NCBI GenBank assembly: GCA_000993685.1
Contig: LBWP01000012.1
Coordinates: 1-59,744 of the forward strand
From: Candidatus Woesebacteria bacterium GW2011_GWA1_39_21
Lineage (GTDB): Bacteria > Patescibacteriota > Microgenomatia > UBA8517
DNA: 59,744 nucleotides
Reading direction: 5' to 3'
Numbering within the stretch: the first letter of the stretch is position 1; each line of letters begins with the position of its first letter. This document shows positions 1 through 9,842 of the stretch, piece by piece. The notes under the pieces are model-generated. The model made no database searches. It was not told the DNA's origin and saw only the letters and a program-made list of their open reading frames with translations. A program made the translations under genes and the position numbers.

Positions 1-3
1 TAT

Positions 4-196
4 AACAGCGTTCAAGAAAACCCCACCCTTCAGGGTGGGGATGACCCGCCTGCTTAGCTGCGCAAGCTAGCGGGCAGGATTGAACTCTGAAAATGCGTAT
101 GAAGAGTCAAGCTTTGCTTTTGATAAAGTCTTAAGCTTTGCTTATATGTCATCCTCCTTGGGGAAATCCCGCCTTTTAAGGCGGGGAGGATGTCAT
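4..196 (+). mobile_element. Non-autonomous IS200/IS605-type element (PATE/MITE-like), copy 1
   Basis: Left hairpin CCCCACCCTTCAGGGTGGGG and right hairpin CCCGCCTTTTAAGGCGGG followed by GAGGATGTCAT. Near-identical reverse-complement copy at 10455-10648. Preceded by (T)TAT. No transposase ORF. Confidence 0.8.
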
Positions 197-230
197 TGAT
201 GGCAAATACATACTCAAACGACCTAGCAAT

Positions 231-253
231 TTCAGCTTTCCTTCAGGTATGAT
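231..253 (+). promoter_or_regulatory. TTCAG-N6-TTCAG direct repeat plus -10 (TATGAT) upstream of the ABC exporter operon
   Basis: TTCAG CTTTCC TTCAG G TATGAT. The same motif occurs at 12983-12998 and 10801-10816. Confidence 0.55.
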
Positions 254-271
254 ACCTAAACTTGAGCGGAT

Positions 272-1528
272 ATGAAGAAAATCAAAAGGTTATTTTCTTG
301 GACTTTGAAAAGTAGGGTGCGTGCAATAATTTTTGTTTTACTTATATTTGGTCTTGGTTTCGTGGTTTACAAATCGAGGGTGGATAGTACAGGTTCCCCC
401 CAATATCAAACTGCGATTGTTGAAAAAGCAACTATAGTCTCAACTGTTTCAGCTTCAGGACAAGCAATATTAGCGAACAACATTCCCGTGACCACGCAAA
501 CGGCCGGTTTGGTAGAAAAAGTTTATGTTAAGGACGGCGATAAAGTAGTCAAGGGACAAAGGATCGCAACAACTGTGCAAAACTCAGATGCCCAGAGGGC
601 GAGTAGCCAGGCATATGTGAACTACATCTCCGCGAAAAACAGCTTGGCTTCTGCTCAAAATAATCTATACACCCTTGATGCACAGATGTGGTCGGCAAAT
701 CAAAAGTTTGAAAATGATGCAGTTGCAAGAGGCCTTGATCCGTCCGACCCATCTTATATTCAGGAGAACGATGCTTGGTTAGCCGCTGAAGCAACGTACA
801 AAAACCAACAAAATGTAATTTCGCAGGCCCAACTGTCTTTAAATAATGCTTGGCTTTCGTATCAATCTACGTCACCGAACATTACTTCTCCAACCTCCGG
901 AGTAATAGCAAGTATATCCGTGGCTGATGGGATGGTTCTTTCGGGTGTTAATAGCTCCACATCAGGGTCGTCGTCAACACAGATTGCAGTGATCCAAACT
1001 GAAGGTAACCCGATAATTTCATTAAATGTCTCAGAGATTGACATTCCCAACATTGAGACTGGTCAGAAAGCAACCGTAACTTTTGACAGTATTTCCAATA
1101 AAACTTTCACTGGAAAAGTTGTCAGTGTGAACAAAATCGGAAGCGTTTCCTCTGGGGTCACGAACTATCCCGTAATGGTGACGCTTGACACAGCTTCGCC
1201 TGAAATATTGCCGAACATGTCTGCTTCCGCAAATATTATCATCGCCACAAAGGATAATGTGCTTTTAGTTCCCTCGTCAGCCATCCAAACACAACAGGGA
1301 GAGGATGTTGTCAGAGTTCTTAATAATGGTGTAATCGAGAATGTGATTGTTGTAGCTGGTCTTTCGTCTGATACTCAGATAGAAATTGTAAGAGGTCTTT
1401 CTGAAGGTCAAATGGTTGTAACGGGGTCAGTTTCGACAGCGACTGGTCAAAGCAGTAGCAGTTCCATTTTTAGCCGGGGAATTGGTGGTGCTGGTGGAAC
1501 AAGAACGTTTACTGGTGGGGGAAGGTAA
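272..1528 (+). CDS. Periplasmic adaptor (MacA/HlyD-like membrane fusion protein)
   Basis: N-terminal TM, lipoyl-like halves (VKDGDKVVKGQ, ITSPTSGVI) around a coiled coil, C-terminal GLSEGQMVV. First gene of an ABC operon. Confidence 0.85.
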   Translation: MKKIKRLFSWTLKSRVRAIIFVLLIFGLGFVVYKSRVDSTGSPQYQTAIVEKATIVSTVSASGQAILANNIPVTTQTAGLVEKVYVKDGDKVVKGQRIATTVQNSDAQRASSQAYVNYISAKNSLASAQNNLYTLDAQMWSANQKFENDAVARGLDPSDPSYIQENDAWLAAEATYKNQQNVISQAQLSLNNAWLSYQSTSPNITSPTSGVIASISVADGMVLSGVNSSTSGSSSTQIAVIQTEGNPIISLNVSEIDIPNIETGQKATVTFDSISNKTFTGKVVSVNKIGSVSSGVTNYPVMVTLDTASPEILPNMSASANIIIATKDNVLLVPSSAIQTQQGEDVVRVLNNGVIENVIVVAGLSSDTQIEIVRGLSEGQMVVTGSVSTATGQSSSSSIFSRGIGGAGGTRTFTGGGR

Positions 1529-1552
1529 TTATGGGAGGAGAGGAAGAAGCAT

Positions 1553-2266
1553 ATGAATATTATCGAAGTTTCGCATTTGTCAAAAATCTACAAAAACGAT
1601 TCGGTTGAAACAGTTGCTCTTTTGGATGTTTCTTTTGGCGTAAAAAAAGGTGAGTTCTTGGCAATTATGGGTGCATCCGGTTCGGGAAAGTCGACTTTGA
1701 TGCACATTTTGGGTGCATTAGATCTTCCGACCTCAGGCAGTTATATCCTTGACGGAGAAGATGTTAGTAAACTTAGCGAAGATCAACTTGCGGATATTAG
1801 AAACAGAAAAATTGGTTTTGTATTTCAGGCGTACAACCTTCTACCGAGAACTTCCGCTTTAAAGAACGTTATGCTTCCAATGGCTTACTCTGGTGTGCAA
1901 CTAGCCGGTCGTGTCAAAAAAGCTGAGGAACTTCTCAAAATAGTTGGTTTATCTGACAGAATGTATCACACCTCGAATCAGCTGTCTGGCGGTCAACAAC
2001 AAAGAGTTGCAATTGCCCGTGCACTTTCGATGACGCCATCAATTATTTTGGCTGATGAGCCGACGGGAAATTTGGCAACCACACAAAGAGATGAAATTAT
2101 CGAAATTTTTCAAAAACTTAATAGAGATGGTCATACGATAGTGATTATAACTCACGAGCCGGATATTGCCGAACATGCCAAACGAATAATCACGCTTAAA
2201 GATGGAAAGATTGACAGCGATAGAGTAAACGGAAAGAAACTAAAAAAACTTAAATTATGGAATTGA
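1553..2266 (+). CDS. ABC transporter ATP-binding protein (MacB/LolD family)
   Basis: Walker A GASGSGKS, signature LSGGQQQRV, Walker B ILADEPTGNL. Confidence 0.95.
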   Translation: MNIIEVSHLSKIYKNDSVETVALLDVSFGVKKGEFLAIMGASGSGKSTLMHILGALDLPTSGSYILDGEDVSKLSEDQLADIRNRKIGFVFQAYNLLPRTSALKNVMLPMAYSGVQLAGRVKKAEELLKIVGLSDRMYHTSNQLSGGQQQRVAIARALSMTPSIILADEPTGNLATTQRDEIIEIFQKLNRDGHTIVIITHEPDIAEHAKRIITLKDGKIDSDRVNGKKLKKLKLWN

Positions 2267-3480
2267 CGGAATTGGTAAAAGAAAGCTTGTCGACATTGGC
2301 TTTAAACAAATTGCGAACAGGTCTGGCGACACTTGGAATAATTATCGGAATCGGAAGTGTGATTACGCTGATTTCACTTGGACAGTCTGGTCAAAAATCA
2401 GTCCAAAATCAAATTGAATCATTGGGTTCTAATTTGTTAACAGTCGAACCTGGATCGGCAAGTAGCGGCTTTGTCAGAGAAGGTTTTGGTAGTGGAACGA
2501 CATTAACTCACGCTGACGCCAATGCATTAGCCAATTCTTCTGAAATCACAACAATCTCCACGGTTTCGCCGGAATTGGCAAGACGTGCACAGGTCGTTGC
2601 CGGCAGGAATAATGAGAATACTCAAATCATCGGCGTTACTCCGACCTACGCTTCTGTGCATAAGGCAAGCATCGCGTCAGGGGTATTTATTTCGCAAAGG
2701 GATGTTGATGCTTCTACAAAAAATGTAGTTGTCGGACCGGATATCGTGACTAATCTTTTTGGTGAGGGTTCAAATCCATTGGGACAAACGTTACGAATTA
2801 ATGGCATTGCATTCAATATCGTTGGAGTAACTGAAAGCAAGGGCGGCACGGGATTTCAAAACCCTGACACTTATGTTTACGTACCGTTAACAACGGCACA
2901 AAGTGTACTCTTTGGGGTCAACTATTTAAGTACGATTTCTGTCGAGGCAAAAAATAGCAATGTTATGACGGAAGCGGAAAACCAGATTGGGTATTTTTTG
3001 TTGGCGAGGCATAAGATCAACGATCCAACACAAGCCGACTTTTCCATCTTGTCGCAGAGCGATATTTTAGGCGCCGTTTCGCAAGTGACTTCGACTTTTA
3101 CCTCGCTTCTTGCCGGTATTGCGGCAATTTCACTGCTTGTCGGCGGTATTGGAATTATGAATATCATGTTGGTAACCGTGACGGAAAGAACGCGTGAGAT
3201 TGGTTTAAGAAAAGCTTTGGGTGCAAAAAGGAAAACAATTATTACGCAATTTATTGTCGAAGCTATTATTTTAACGGCAATGGGTGGAATTTTGGGGATG
3301 TTTTTCGGACTTGGCGCATCATTTATTATCTCAAAAATTATAAATTTGCCGTTTACTGTTTCGTTCTCGTCGATATTGTTGGCGATAGGCGTTTCTGGTG
3401 CGACGGGAATAGTTTTTGGTTGGTATCCGGCACAAATTGCGGCCCGGATGCAACCTATTGAAGCGCTTCGTTATGAGTAA
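2257..3480 (+). CDS. ABC transporter permease (MacB/FtsX family)
   Basis: LGIIIGI TM1, large extracytoplasmic domain, VGGIGIMNIMLVTVTERTREIGLRKALGA motif. Confidence 0.95.
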   Translation: MELTELVKESLSTLALNKLRTGLATLGIIIGIGSVITLISLGQSGQKSVQNQIESLGSNLLTVEPGSASSGFVREGFGSGTTLTHADANALANSSEITTISTVSPELARRAQVVAGRNNENTQIIGVTPTYASVHKASIASGVFISQRDVDASTKNVVVGPDIVTNLFGEGSNPLGQTLRINGIAFNIVGVTESKGGTGFQNPDTYVYVPLTTAQSVLFGVNYLSTISVEAKNSNVMTEAENQIGYFLLARHKINDPTQADFSILSQSDILGAVSQVTSTFTSLLAGIAAISLLVGGIGIMNIMLVTVTERTREIGLRKALGAKRKTIITQFIVEAIILTAMGGILGMFFGLGASFIISKIINLPFTVSFSSILLAIGVSGATGIVFGWYPAQIAARMQPIEALRYE

Positions 3481-3525
3481 ATTTATTATTTTACTAAAAA
3501 GCATGGTTGAAAGGCGGTGATAAAA

Positions 3526-3975
3526 ATGAAGAACAAAAATTGGATGATTCCAGCGGTTTTGGTCTTAGTTGTTGGAGGTGGCGTATTTTACGCAGGAATG
3601 AAGTATCAACAACATCGGGTGGGTAATCAGTTTAGACAATTTGCTGGAACTAGGGTTGGTGTCAATCAAAATGGTGTACGAAACGGTGTTAACAATCAAA
3701 ATTTCGGCAACCGTCCTATTAGCGGCCAGATTTTGAGTGTGGATGACAAGGCAATTACGTTAAAACTTAACGATGGAAGTACAAAGATTGTAATTCTGTC
3801 GGATAGTACGGCAATTAATCAATCAACCCAAGCCCAAAAAAGCGACCTTGTGGAGGGTGGACAAGTGACGGTTATCGGAACGATAAATTCAGACGGAAGT
3901 GTGACAGCACAGGATGTTCAAATAGGATCACTTTTTAGAGGAATACAGACTGTGCCTACATCTGGGCAAAATTAA
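3526..3975 (+). CDS. Membrane-anchored OB-fold/DUF5666-like protein
   Basis: N-terminal TM, G/N/Q-rich linker, beta-rich domain ending DGSVTAQDVQI. SD GGCGGTG precedes ATG 3526. Confidence 0.6.
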   Translation: MKNKNWMIPAVLVLVVGGGVFYAGMKYQQHRVGNQFRQFAGTRVGVNQNGVRNGVNNQNFGNRPISGQILSVDDKAITLKLNDGSTKIVILSDSTAINQSTQAQKSDLVEGGQVTVIGTINSDGSVTAQDVQIGSLFRGIQTVPTSGQN

Positions 3976-3990
3976 TACAACTGTTTTTAT

Positions 3991-4099
3991 TCAAACTTCG
4001 CGAAAACCGCGGACTTTTAGTCCACGGATGAGGCGGAGCTGTAAACAAACTTGTTGATCCCGGACAAGAACACGGGGGTTTTAGTCCTCGGTAGTTTAT
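3991..4099 (+). mobile_element. Second, unrelated IS200/IS605-type mini-element (~110 bp)
   Basis: Two related imperfect hairpins, CCGCGGACTTTTAGTCCACGG and CGGGGGTTTTAGTCCTCGG, ending TAGTTTAT. Preceded by TTAT (3987-3990). Confidence 0.6.
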
Positions 4100-4128
4100 T
4101 CCAAATGGTGGTTATGTTAGTCTAAGGT

Positions 4129-4824
4129 GTGAACTTGTTTTCAATAAAATTGATTGCCGTGGTTGCGATGGCAATTGATCACTTGGGAATATTTGTTTTT
4201 AACGATAATTTCTATTTTCGTTTGATCGGTAGACTTGCATTCCCCCTGTTCGCGTGGGCAATAGCAAACGGTGGCGTTTATACTAAGAATATTTATAAAT
4301 ATCTACTACGGATTTTTATTTTAGCAATAATCTCTCAAGTTCCCTACCAGTTGTTGTTTAGTTATTATGGAGTAGATAATCCTGGACTAAACATCTTATT
4401 TACATTCTCGCTGGCACTTGTTGGTCTGATCGTTTTTAAGAAAAGTAGAAATATTGTACTACGGATTTGTTCCGCCACTGCTCTTTCTCTAGTTGCCCTT
4501 GTAATCAATGCCGATTATGGCCCTTTCGGCGTACTCGCGGTATTTGTCTTCTATCTGTTTTTTGATAGTAAAGTAAAACAAATATTGGTCTACCTTTTAC
4601 TAGTCTTTGCTTTTTTTGTGACGCCGATATTTGTAAACAAACTTGCGAGTAACTTTTTTGAAGTAAATTATTTAAATTTTATGGAAATTTTATCGGTTAT
4701 CTCCTTACTTTTCATTGCGAGCTATAACAATCAAATAGGATACAAAATGAAATATGTTCTCTATATTTTTTATCCGCTGCATTTAGCACTTCTTTACGTG
4801 ATTAAAGTGCTATTGGTAAGTTAA
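4129..4824 (+). CDS. TraX-family membrane protein (putative acyltransferase)
   Basis: KLIAVVAMAIDH, GRLAFPLFA, NILFT, DYG and YIFYPLHL motifs; multi-TM. Confidence 0.85.
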   Translation: MNLFSIKLIAVVAMAIDHLGIFVFNDNFYFRLIGRLAFPLFAWAIANGGVYTKNIYKYLLRIFILAIISQVPYQLLFSYYGVDNPGLNILFTFSLALVGLIVFKKSRNIVLRICSATALSLVALVINADYGPFGVLAVFVFYLFFDSKVKQILVYLLLVFAFFVTPIFVNKLASNFFEVNYLNFMEILSVISLLFIASYNNQIGYKMKYVLYIFYPLHLALLYVIKVLLVS

Positions 4825-4853
4825 TTTTAGACGCTTTTTAAATGGTAACATTT

Positions 4854-5714
4854 TTACACTTCCGGCTTGGGAGTTTTTAGGGTGTAGGTATCTTGATTGT
4901 ATTCACTTACTCCAACCCATTTCCCTTCGCCCTTTATAAGGCGCTCATATGGGTAGCAATGTCGACAACCGTTGGTTGGACATTTGAAGTGTCCCAATTT
5001 CACAGCTAGTGAAATTCTATCGGCAATTTTTTCTATCTTTCCGATGGCATCCTTTTCATCGGGTAATTTTTTTTCAACAATACCTTTACTGTTGTCTAAG
5101 TACCAGTAGCTTGCCTTTGTAATACTTCTGCTTTGAAGATTTTTTGCCAAAAGGTAATAAATTGGGAGTTGCAACGATTCGCTACCCTCCTCGAATTTAC
5201 CGGTTTTAAAGTCGACAATGTGAACTGTATCTGATTTTGGAAGATATTCGATCCAATCGATCTTTCCACAGAGAATAACGTTATTTTCTTGCGAGAACCA
5301 ATAGTTTGGAAGACCAATTGAAGATTTTAATTTGATGGCTTTTTTTGAAAGAAATTTTGGGTCGTCAATGATTGTTTGGATCATCTTGCTTCCACGTTGT
5401 TTGAATTCATATTCTTGGTCGGGGTTGTCAAAACCACCGATTTGTCCTGATACTTTTTTCCATTCGTTTTCAAATTTGATTAAGGGAGATCTTGAAAATC
5501 TTTCTTCACTTGGAACTTCTGAAAGGGATTCGATAACCAGATGAACAACTTTCCCCAGAGTAAGAGCTGGAGTAATCAGCGAGATTTTGTGATTGGTTTT
5601 GATATCTTTATATTTGTTGTGCAAATAATATAAACGCGGGCATTTTAAAAAGTCGGAAATCGAGCTGTGAGAAAGCCATAACGCAGAGAACTTGTCCAGT
5701 TGGTTGTTTTCCAT
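4854..5714 (-). CDS. PD-(D/E)XK nuclease, RecB/Cas4-like
   Basis: LSHSSI..F.KCPR, G..VH, GKID, IVDFKTG, QL.IY, C-terminal C-x4-C-x2-C. Confidence 0.85.
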   Translation of the reverse strand: MENNQLDKFSALWLSHSSISDFLKCPRLYYLHNKYKDIKTNHKISLITPALTLGKVVHLVIESLSEVPSEERFSRSPLIKFENEWKKVSGQIGGFDNPDQEYEFKQRGSKMIQTIIDDPKFLSKKAIKLKSSIGLPNYWFSQENNVILCGKIDWIEYLPKSDTVHIVDFKTGKFEEGSESLQLPIYYLLAKNLQSRSITKASYWYLDNSKGIVEKKLPDEKDAIGKIEKIADRISLAVKLGHFKCPTNGCRHCYPYERLIKGEGKWVGVSEYNQDTYTLKTPKPEV

Positions 5715-5810
5715 ACAACATATAATATCACGATAGATGCGTGTTTATCGCGCTTGTATTTTTCCTCTTGCCTAAATTTCAGAAATTAACTATAGTCAAA
5801 AAGTACAAAT

Positions 5811-6305
5811 ATGGCTGATCAAAAAACACCTGAAAAACTTGAACAGGGGAAAGTACTAGATGCTGAAATTGTTGAGGACAATACCACTTCCGATACAACA
5901 ATCAGTCAGGTCGATGAGTTGAAAAATATTGAAAATTTGATAAATTCGAATCTTACCAAAATTACCAAACTTCAGGATGATATTAAGCCAGTTAAGGAGA
6001 TGTTGGAGTCACTTTTGGATGCGGATTTGCAGTATGCCGAGTTGGATCAAAAGGCGATGGAAGCAGCAAAAGTAAAATCGGCAAAAAGAAAGGAACTAAT
6101 GAATACTTCAAACGGTAGGGAACTGACGGAAAAACTTAAGTCATTAAAAGCTGAGCTTAAAGAGGCTAAAGACGCACTTTCGGATTACCTAAAGGAATAT
6201 CAGGGTAAAACCGGTTTTAATGAATACGAGGGACCTGACGGTGAACTTCGACAAATTGTCTTTACTGCGAAACTCGTACGGAAAACAAAACTTAATTGGG
6301 ACTAA
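5811..6305 (+). CDS. Coiled-coil hypothetical protein
   Basis: 164-aa charged helical ORF; no recognisable catalytic motif. Confidence 0.6.
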   Translation: MADQKTPEKLEQGKVLDAEIVEDNTTSDTTISQVDELKNIENLINSNLTKITKLQDDIKPVKEMLESLLDADLQYAELDQKAMEAAKVKSAKRKELMNTSNGRELTEKLKSLKAELKEAKDALSDYLKEYQGKTGFNEYEGPDGELRQIVFTAKLVRKTKLNWD

Positions 6306-6377
6306 AAGCGAGTCGGAACAGTTGGTATTTTGATGTCATGTTGACAACTTAAGATCTTCAACTTTCTCTTGAGGAAA

Positions 6378-7313
6378 CTACTGCGACTTTGCACAGGAGA
6401 AAACTGGAACTCTCATTATAATAAATCCAAATCTGGCAGAGACGTAATTAAATTTGCAGCTTACTCCTAAGAACGGCATGTAATATTCCTTGGTTATCGG
6501 TGGTTGCGGTGTTTCCGTTGGCGTGGGTGTTGAGGTAATCTCATCTGGGGTAGGGGTTGGTGTTTCCGATGGTTGAGGCTCTTCCGTAGGAGTTAGTGTT
6601 GAGGTTGGCTCTTGAGTAGGTGTAGGCGTCTCACTTAAATTTGGTGTTGGTGAAACTTCAACTTCGGGGTTTTCCGAGTCCGATATTGTCCCTTGAGGGT
6701 TAGGGATGTTTCGGAGTATTAAATCATTGTAGTTGTTGTTTGAGTCATACGAATTACCCCTTGTTGTGTCAGACCCGACCGTCATTGACTCAACACTTGA
6801 AGTTTCAAACGCTTTTCTCTCAATACTTTCTCCAACAGCAGGATTTATTGCAGGCTGCGTTTCGTAATCTGATGCGGAATCTCCGTACCCAACTAAGTCG
6901 ATGGTTGTATCTGAGCTATTTTTCAATATGACGGTATTATTATTTGAGAGACTATACGAACCGGAAGAGTAAATATTGTCGTACTGATAATTTCCGGAAA
7001 CGTCCGGATGTGTAATTAAGAAAAAGCCGTGTGCTTTGATCATTCCTGACATGCTCGAAATAAGTGGCGATTCTGTTCCTGAGGAAGTTTTTTTACGTAA
7101 TTTCCATCCAGTTAAATCAACGTCTGTACTTGTGGCGTTGTAAAGTTCGACAAATTCGTCGTTAGCGGTTGCTCCGCCGATTTGGATTTCAGAGATTACA
7201 ACATAATCCGTTGCAGATTTTACGTAAGATTGCTTGTAAGAAAAAAATAGTATTGCGGCGAGAAAAACAACTGCCAAAGGAGCAAGTGTTTTTTTACTTA
7301 ACATGCGGGGCAT
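6378..7313 (-). CDS. Lamin-tail-domain surface protein with Pro/Thr-rich linker
   Basis: Signal/TM, VVISEI..DEFVELYN..VDLTGWKL LTD motif, TPTP repeats. Confidence 0.8.
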   Translation of the reverse strand: MPRMLSKKTLAPLAVVFLAAILFFSYKQSYVKSATDYVVISEIQIGGATANDEFVELYNATSTDVDLTGWKLRKKTSSGTESPLISSMSGMIKAHGFFLITHPDVSGNYQYDNIYSSGSYSLSNNNTVILKNSSDTTIDLVGYGDSASDYETQPAINPAVGESIERKAFETSSVESMTVGSDTTRGNSYDSNNNYNDLILRNIPNPQGTISDSENPEVEVSPTPNLSETPTPTQEPTSTLTPTEEPQPSETPTPTPDEITSTPTPTETPQPPITKEYYMPFLGVSCKFNYVSARFGFIIMRVPVFSCAKSQ

Positions 7314-7352
7314 TAATTTATAATGGCTGAAGAATCTTTATTAGTCAAGTAT

Positions 7353-7595
7353 TTAGTTACGACTTTTCCTAAATAGGGCAAGTTGATGGCTTTTGCTTTT
7401 AATTTTCAATAGAGCGGTTCTTTCAATCTGCCTAATTCTGCCTTCCGTTACACCGTAATTTTTCCCAATTGATGTGAGTGTCTTTTTCCTTAATCTTTTT
7501 AACAATACTTCTCGTTCTTTTCCTGATAAAGCTGGTATTTTTTTGACAAAAAATGAAAAATACTTTAGAGTCCTGTTCGACCTCATCTTATCCAT
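7353..7595 (-). CDS. Stand-alone sigma-70 region 4 HTH protein
   Basis: LSGKEREVL..R...TLTSIGKNYGVTEGRIRQIERTALLKI. Confidence 0.8.
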   Translation of the reverse strand: MDKMRSNRTLKYFSFFVKKIPALSGKEREVLLKRLRKKTLTSIGKNYGVTEGRIRQIERTALLKIKSKSHQLALFRKSRN

Positions 7596-7728
7596 AGTAT
7601 ATCCGAAAATTGGTAAATGTTTAGCTTTTAACGTAACAATTGTGTCAATGCAACTTCATAACAGTTAAAATCTAGTAATTTAAATTACAGCTAATTATCA
7701 GAATTTACCGTTATATTTTTAGATTCTT

Positions 7729-8790
7729 ATGTGGAAAATTTTCTCGCTTTGTCTTATAGTTTTTTTATTTTGGCTGTTGGGAGTAGTGTTACAAAAGAAG
7801 AATTCTGTGATGGATTCAAGGCAAACACCAATAAATTTTGCTTCGCAAAAAAATCTTTCAACAAATTCGCTACAGATAACACAAATGCGGAAAAGAAGTT
7901 ATCCTGGAAGTATTCCCGTTATTGAAAAAGATCTTGGAGAAAAAAATGACTACCATCAGTATATTGCATCATATTTATCAGATAATCTGAAAATATATGG
8001 ACTTCTAACGGTCCCTATAGGTAAAAAGCCTGACGCTGGTTGGCCAGTAATAATCTTTAATCATGGATATATTTCACCCGAACAATATAAAACAACTGAA
8101 AGATATGTCGCCTATGTTGATGCTTTCGCGAAAAACGGATATATCGTTTTCAAATCCGACTATCGTGGAAACGGTAGTTCTGAAGGACAACCTGAAGGGG
8201 CATATTATTCTCCGGCATATACAGTTGATGTTTTGAATGCAGTTGGCTCGATCAAGAAACTCCAGGATCCTAAAAGTGGCGATAATGAAAAGTTTGTAAA
8301 TACAGACAAAATCGGAATGTGGGGGCATTCGATGGGCGGAAATATTACCTTGCGAAATTTAGTGGTCGATGGAGCGGATATTAGAGCCGCAGTTATTTGG
8401 GGTGGGGTAGTTGGTTCGTATTATGACCTTGCAAATAACTGGCATCGGAAAACTCCATTTCGACCTTCTGAAAGAGAACGCTTTAGGTCGAATTATCGAC
8501 AAAATTTAATTGGCACCTATGGTTCTCCAGATTCTGCCTCGGAATTTTGGCAATCAGTTGACCCAACGTTTTATTTGTCCGATATCACTACTCCGATTCA
8601 ACTGCACACAGGTGGGGACGATGAAGTAGTTCCGGTTGGTTTTTCAATTGCTCTGCGAGACAAACTTGAAACATTGGGGAAAGTTGCTGAGTATTATAAT
8701 TATCCTGGTGGTGATCACAATATTTCCTCACCTAATTTCAATTTAGCGATGGGGAGATCTCTGAAATTTTTTGATAGACATCTAAAGTAG
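7729..8790 (+). CDS. Membrane-anchored alpha/beta hydrolase (S9 peptidase-like)
   Basis: HGY oxyanion motif, GHSMGG nucleophile, DEVVP Asp, GGDH His. Confidence 0.85.
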   Translation: MWKIFSLCLIVFLFWLLGVVLQKKNSVMDSRQTPINFASQKNLSTNSLQITQMRKRSYPGSIPVIEKDLGEKNDYHQYIASYLSDNLKIYGLLTVPIGKKPDAGWPVIIFNHGYISPEQYKTTERYVAYVDAFAKNGYIVFKSDYRGNGSSEGQPEGAYYSPAYTVDVLNAVGSIKKLQDPKSGDNEKFVNTDKIGMWGHSMGGNITLRNLVVDGADIRAAVIWGGVVGSYYDLANNWHRKTPFRPSERERFRSNYRQNLIGTYGSPDSASEFWQSVDPTFYLSDITTPIQLHTGGDDEVVPVGFSIALRDKLETLGKVAEYYNYPGGDHNISSPNFNLAMGRSLKFFDRHLK

Positions 8791-8902
8791 GCAACAATAT
8801 ATTTTGGTTGCAAATACTTGTTGTGTAAAGAAATGAATTGTCATTTTGTTTCCAAACCAACAGACTGGATTTCAGTATGAATATACAAATACATTATTAA
8901 TT

Positions 8903-9292
8903 ATGACTTATAACAACTTAAACGAAGATGAAAAAAAGATTATAGAAGACGGGGGAACAGAAGCGCCATTTGGCGGAGTGTACGACAATTTTTATGAGGA
9001 AGGGACATTTATTTGCCGACGTTGTAATTCTCCACTTTTCTCCTCGAAAAATAAATTTGATGCCGGCTGTGGTTGGCCGGCCTTTGATGAAAATCTTCCA
9101 AAAGCAGTAAAACGTATTCCCGATGCTGATGGAACTAGAACGGAGATACAGTGTGTCAATTGTGGTGCACATTTAGGTCATGTTTTTGAAGGAGAACACT
9201 TTACTAAAAGTGATATCAGGCACTGTGTAAACTCACTTTCAATCCGCTTTATACCAAAGGAAGATAAACGACCAATAATTAAACATGAATAA
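8903..9292 (+). CDS. msrB: Peptide-methionine (R)-S-oxide reductase
   Basis: GTEAPF, CRRC, GCGWPAF, RTEIQCVNCGAHLGHVF, RHCVNS. ATG 8903 preferred over upstream TTG. Confidence 0.95.
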   Translation: MTYNNLNEDEKKIIEDGGTEAPFGGVYDNFYEEGTFICRRCNSPLFSSKNKFDAGCGWPAFDENLPKAVKRIPDADGTRTEIQCVNCGAHLGHVFEGEHFTKSDIRHCVNSLSIRFIPKEDKRPIIKHE

Positions 9293-9839
9293 AAACGAGG
9301 AGACAGCAACCCTTGCCGGGGGTTGTTTTTGGTGTACTGAAGCTGTTTTTCAAAGACTTAAGGGAGTTCTGTCAGTAACTTCTGGATATTCGGGAGATGG
9401 AAAGATAAACCCGACATACGATGAAGTTTCGACTGGAAAAAGCGGATATATCGAGTCAGTACAAATTGAGTTTGATCCGGAAATAATTTCTTTTTCGCAA
9501 ATTCTTGATGTTTTTTGGAATACTCATGACCCGACAACCGTCGACAGGCAGGGAAACGACGTTGGTCCGCAATATAAATCGGCAATCTTTTATCGAAACC
9601 GAAAACAAAAAGACGCGGCTGAAAAATCAAAAAAAGAATTGGGAAAAGAAGGTGTCTATAAAAACCCCGCTGTAACAAAAATTTTACCTTTTGCAAAGTT
9701 TTATCCGGCGGAAAAATACCACGTCAGATTTTATGAGAATAATCCAAGCAGTATGTACTGCAATTTGGTAATTACTCCGAAAGTTGATAAACTTTATGGA
9801 AATTTCGGCGACAAAATTAAAAAAGAATATTTGAGGTAG
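9285..9839 (+). CDS. msrA: Peptide-methionine (S)-S-oxide reductase
   Basis: AGGCFWCTEA, HDPT, RQGNDVGPQY, FYPAE.YH. Confidence 0.95.
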   Translation: MNKNEETATLAGGCFWCTEAVFQRLKGVLSVTSGYSGDGKINPTYDEVSTGKSGYIESVQIEFDPEIISFSQILDVFWNTHDPTTVDRQGNDVGPQYKSAIFYRNRKQKDAAEKSKKELGKEGVYKNPAVTKILPFAKFYPAEKYHVRFYENNPSSMYCNLVITPKVDKLYGNFGDKIKKEYLR

Positions 9840-9842
9840 GAT

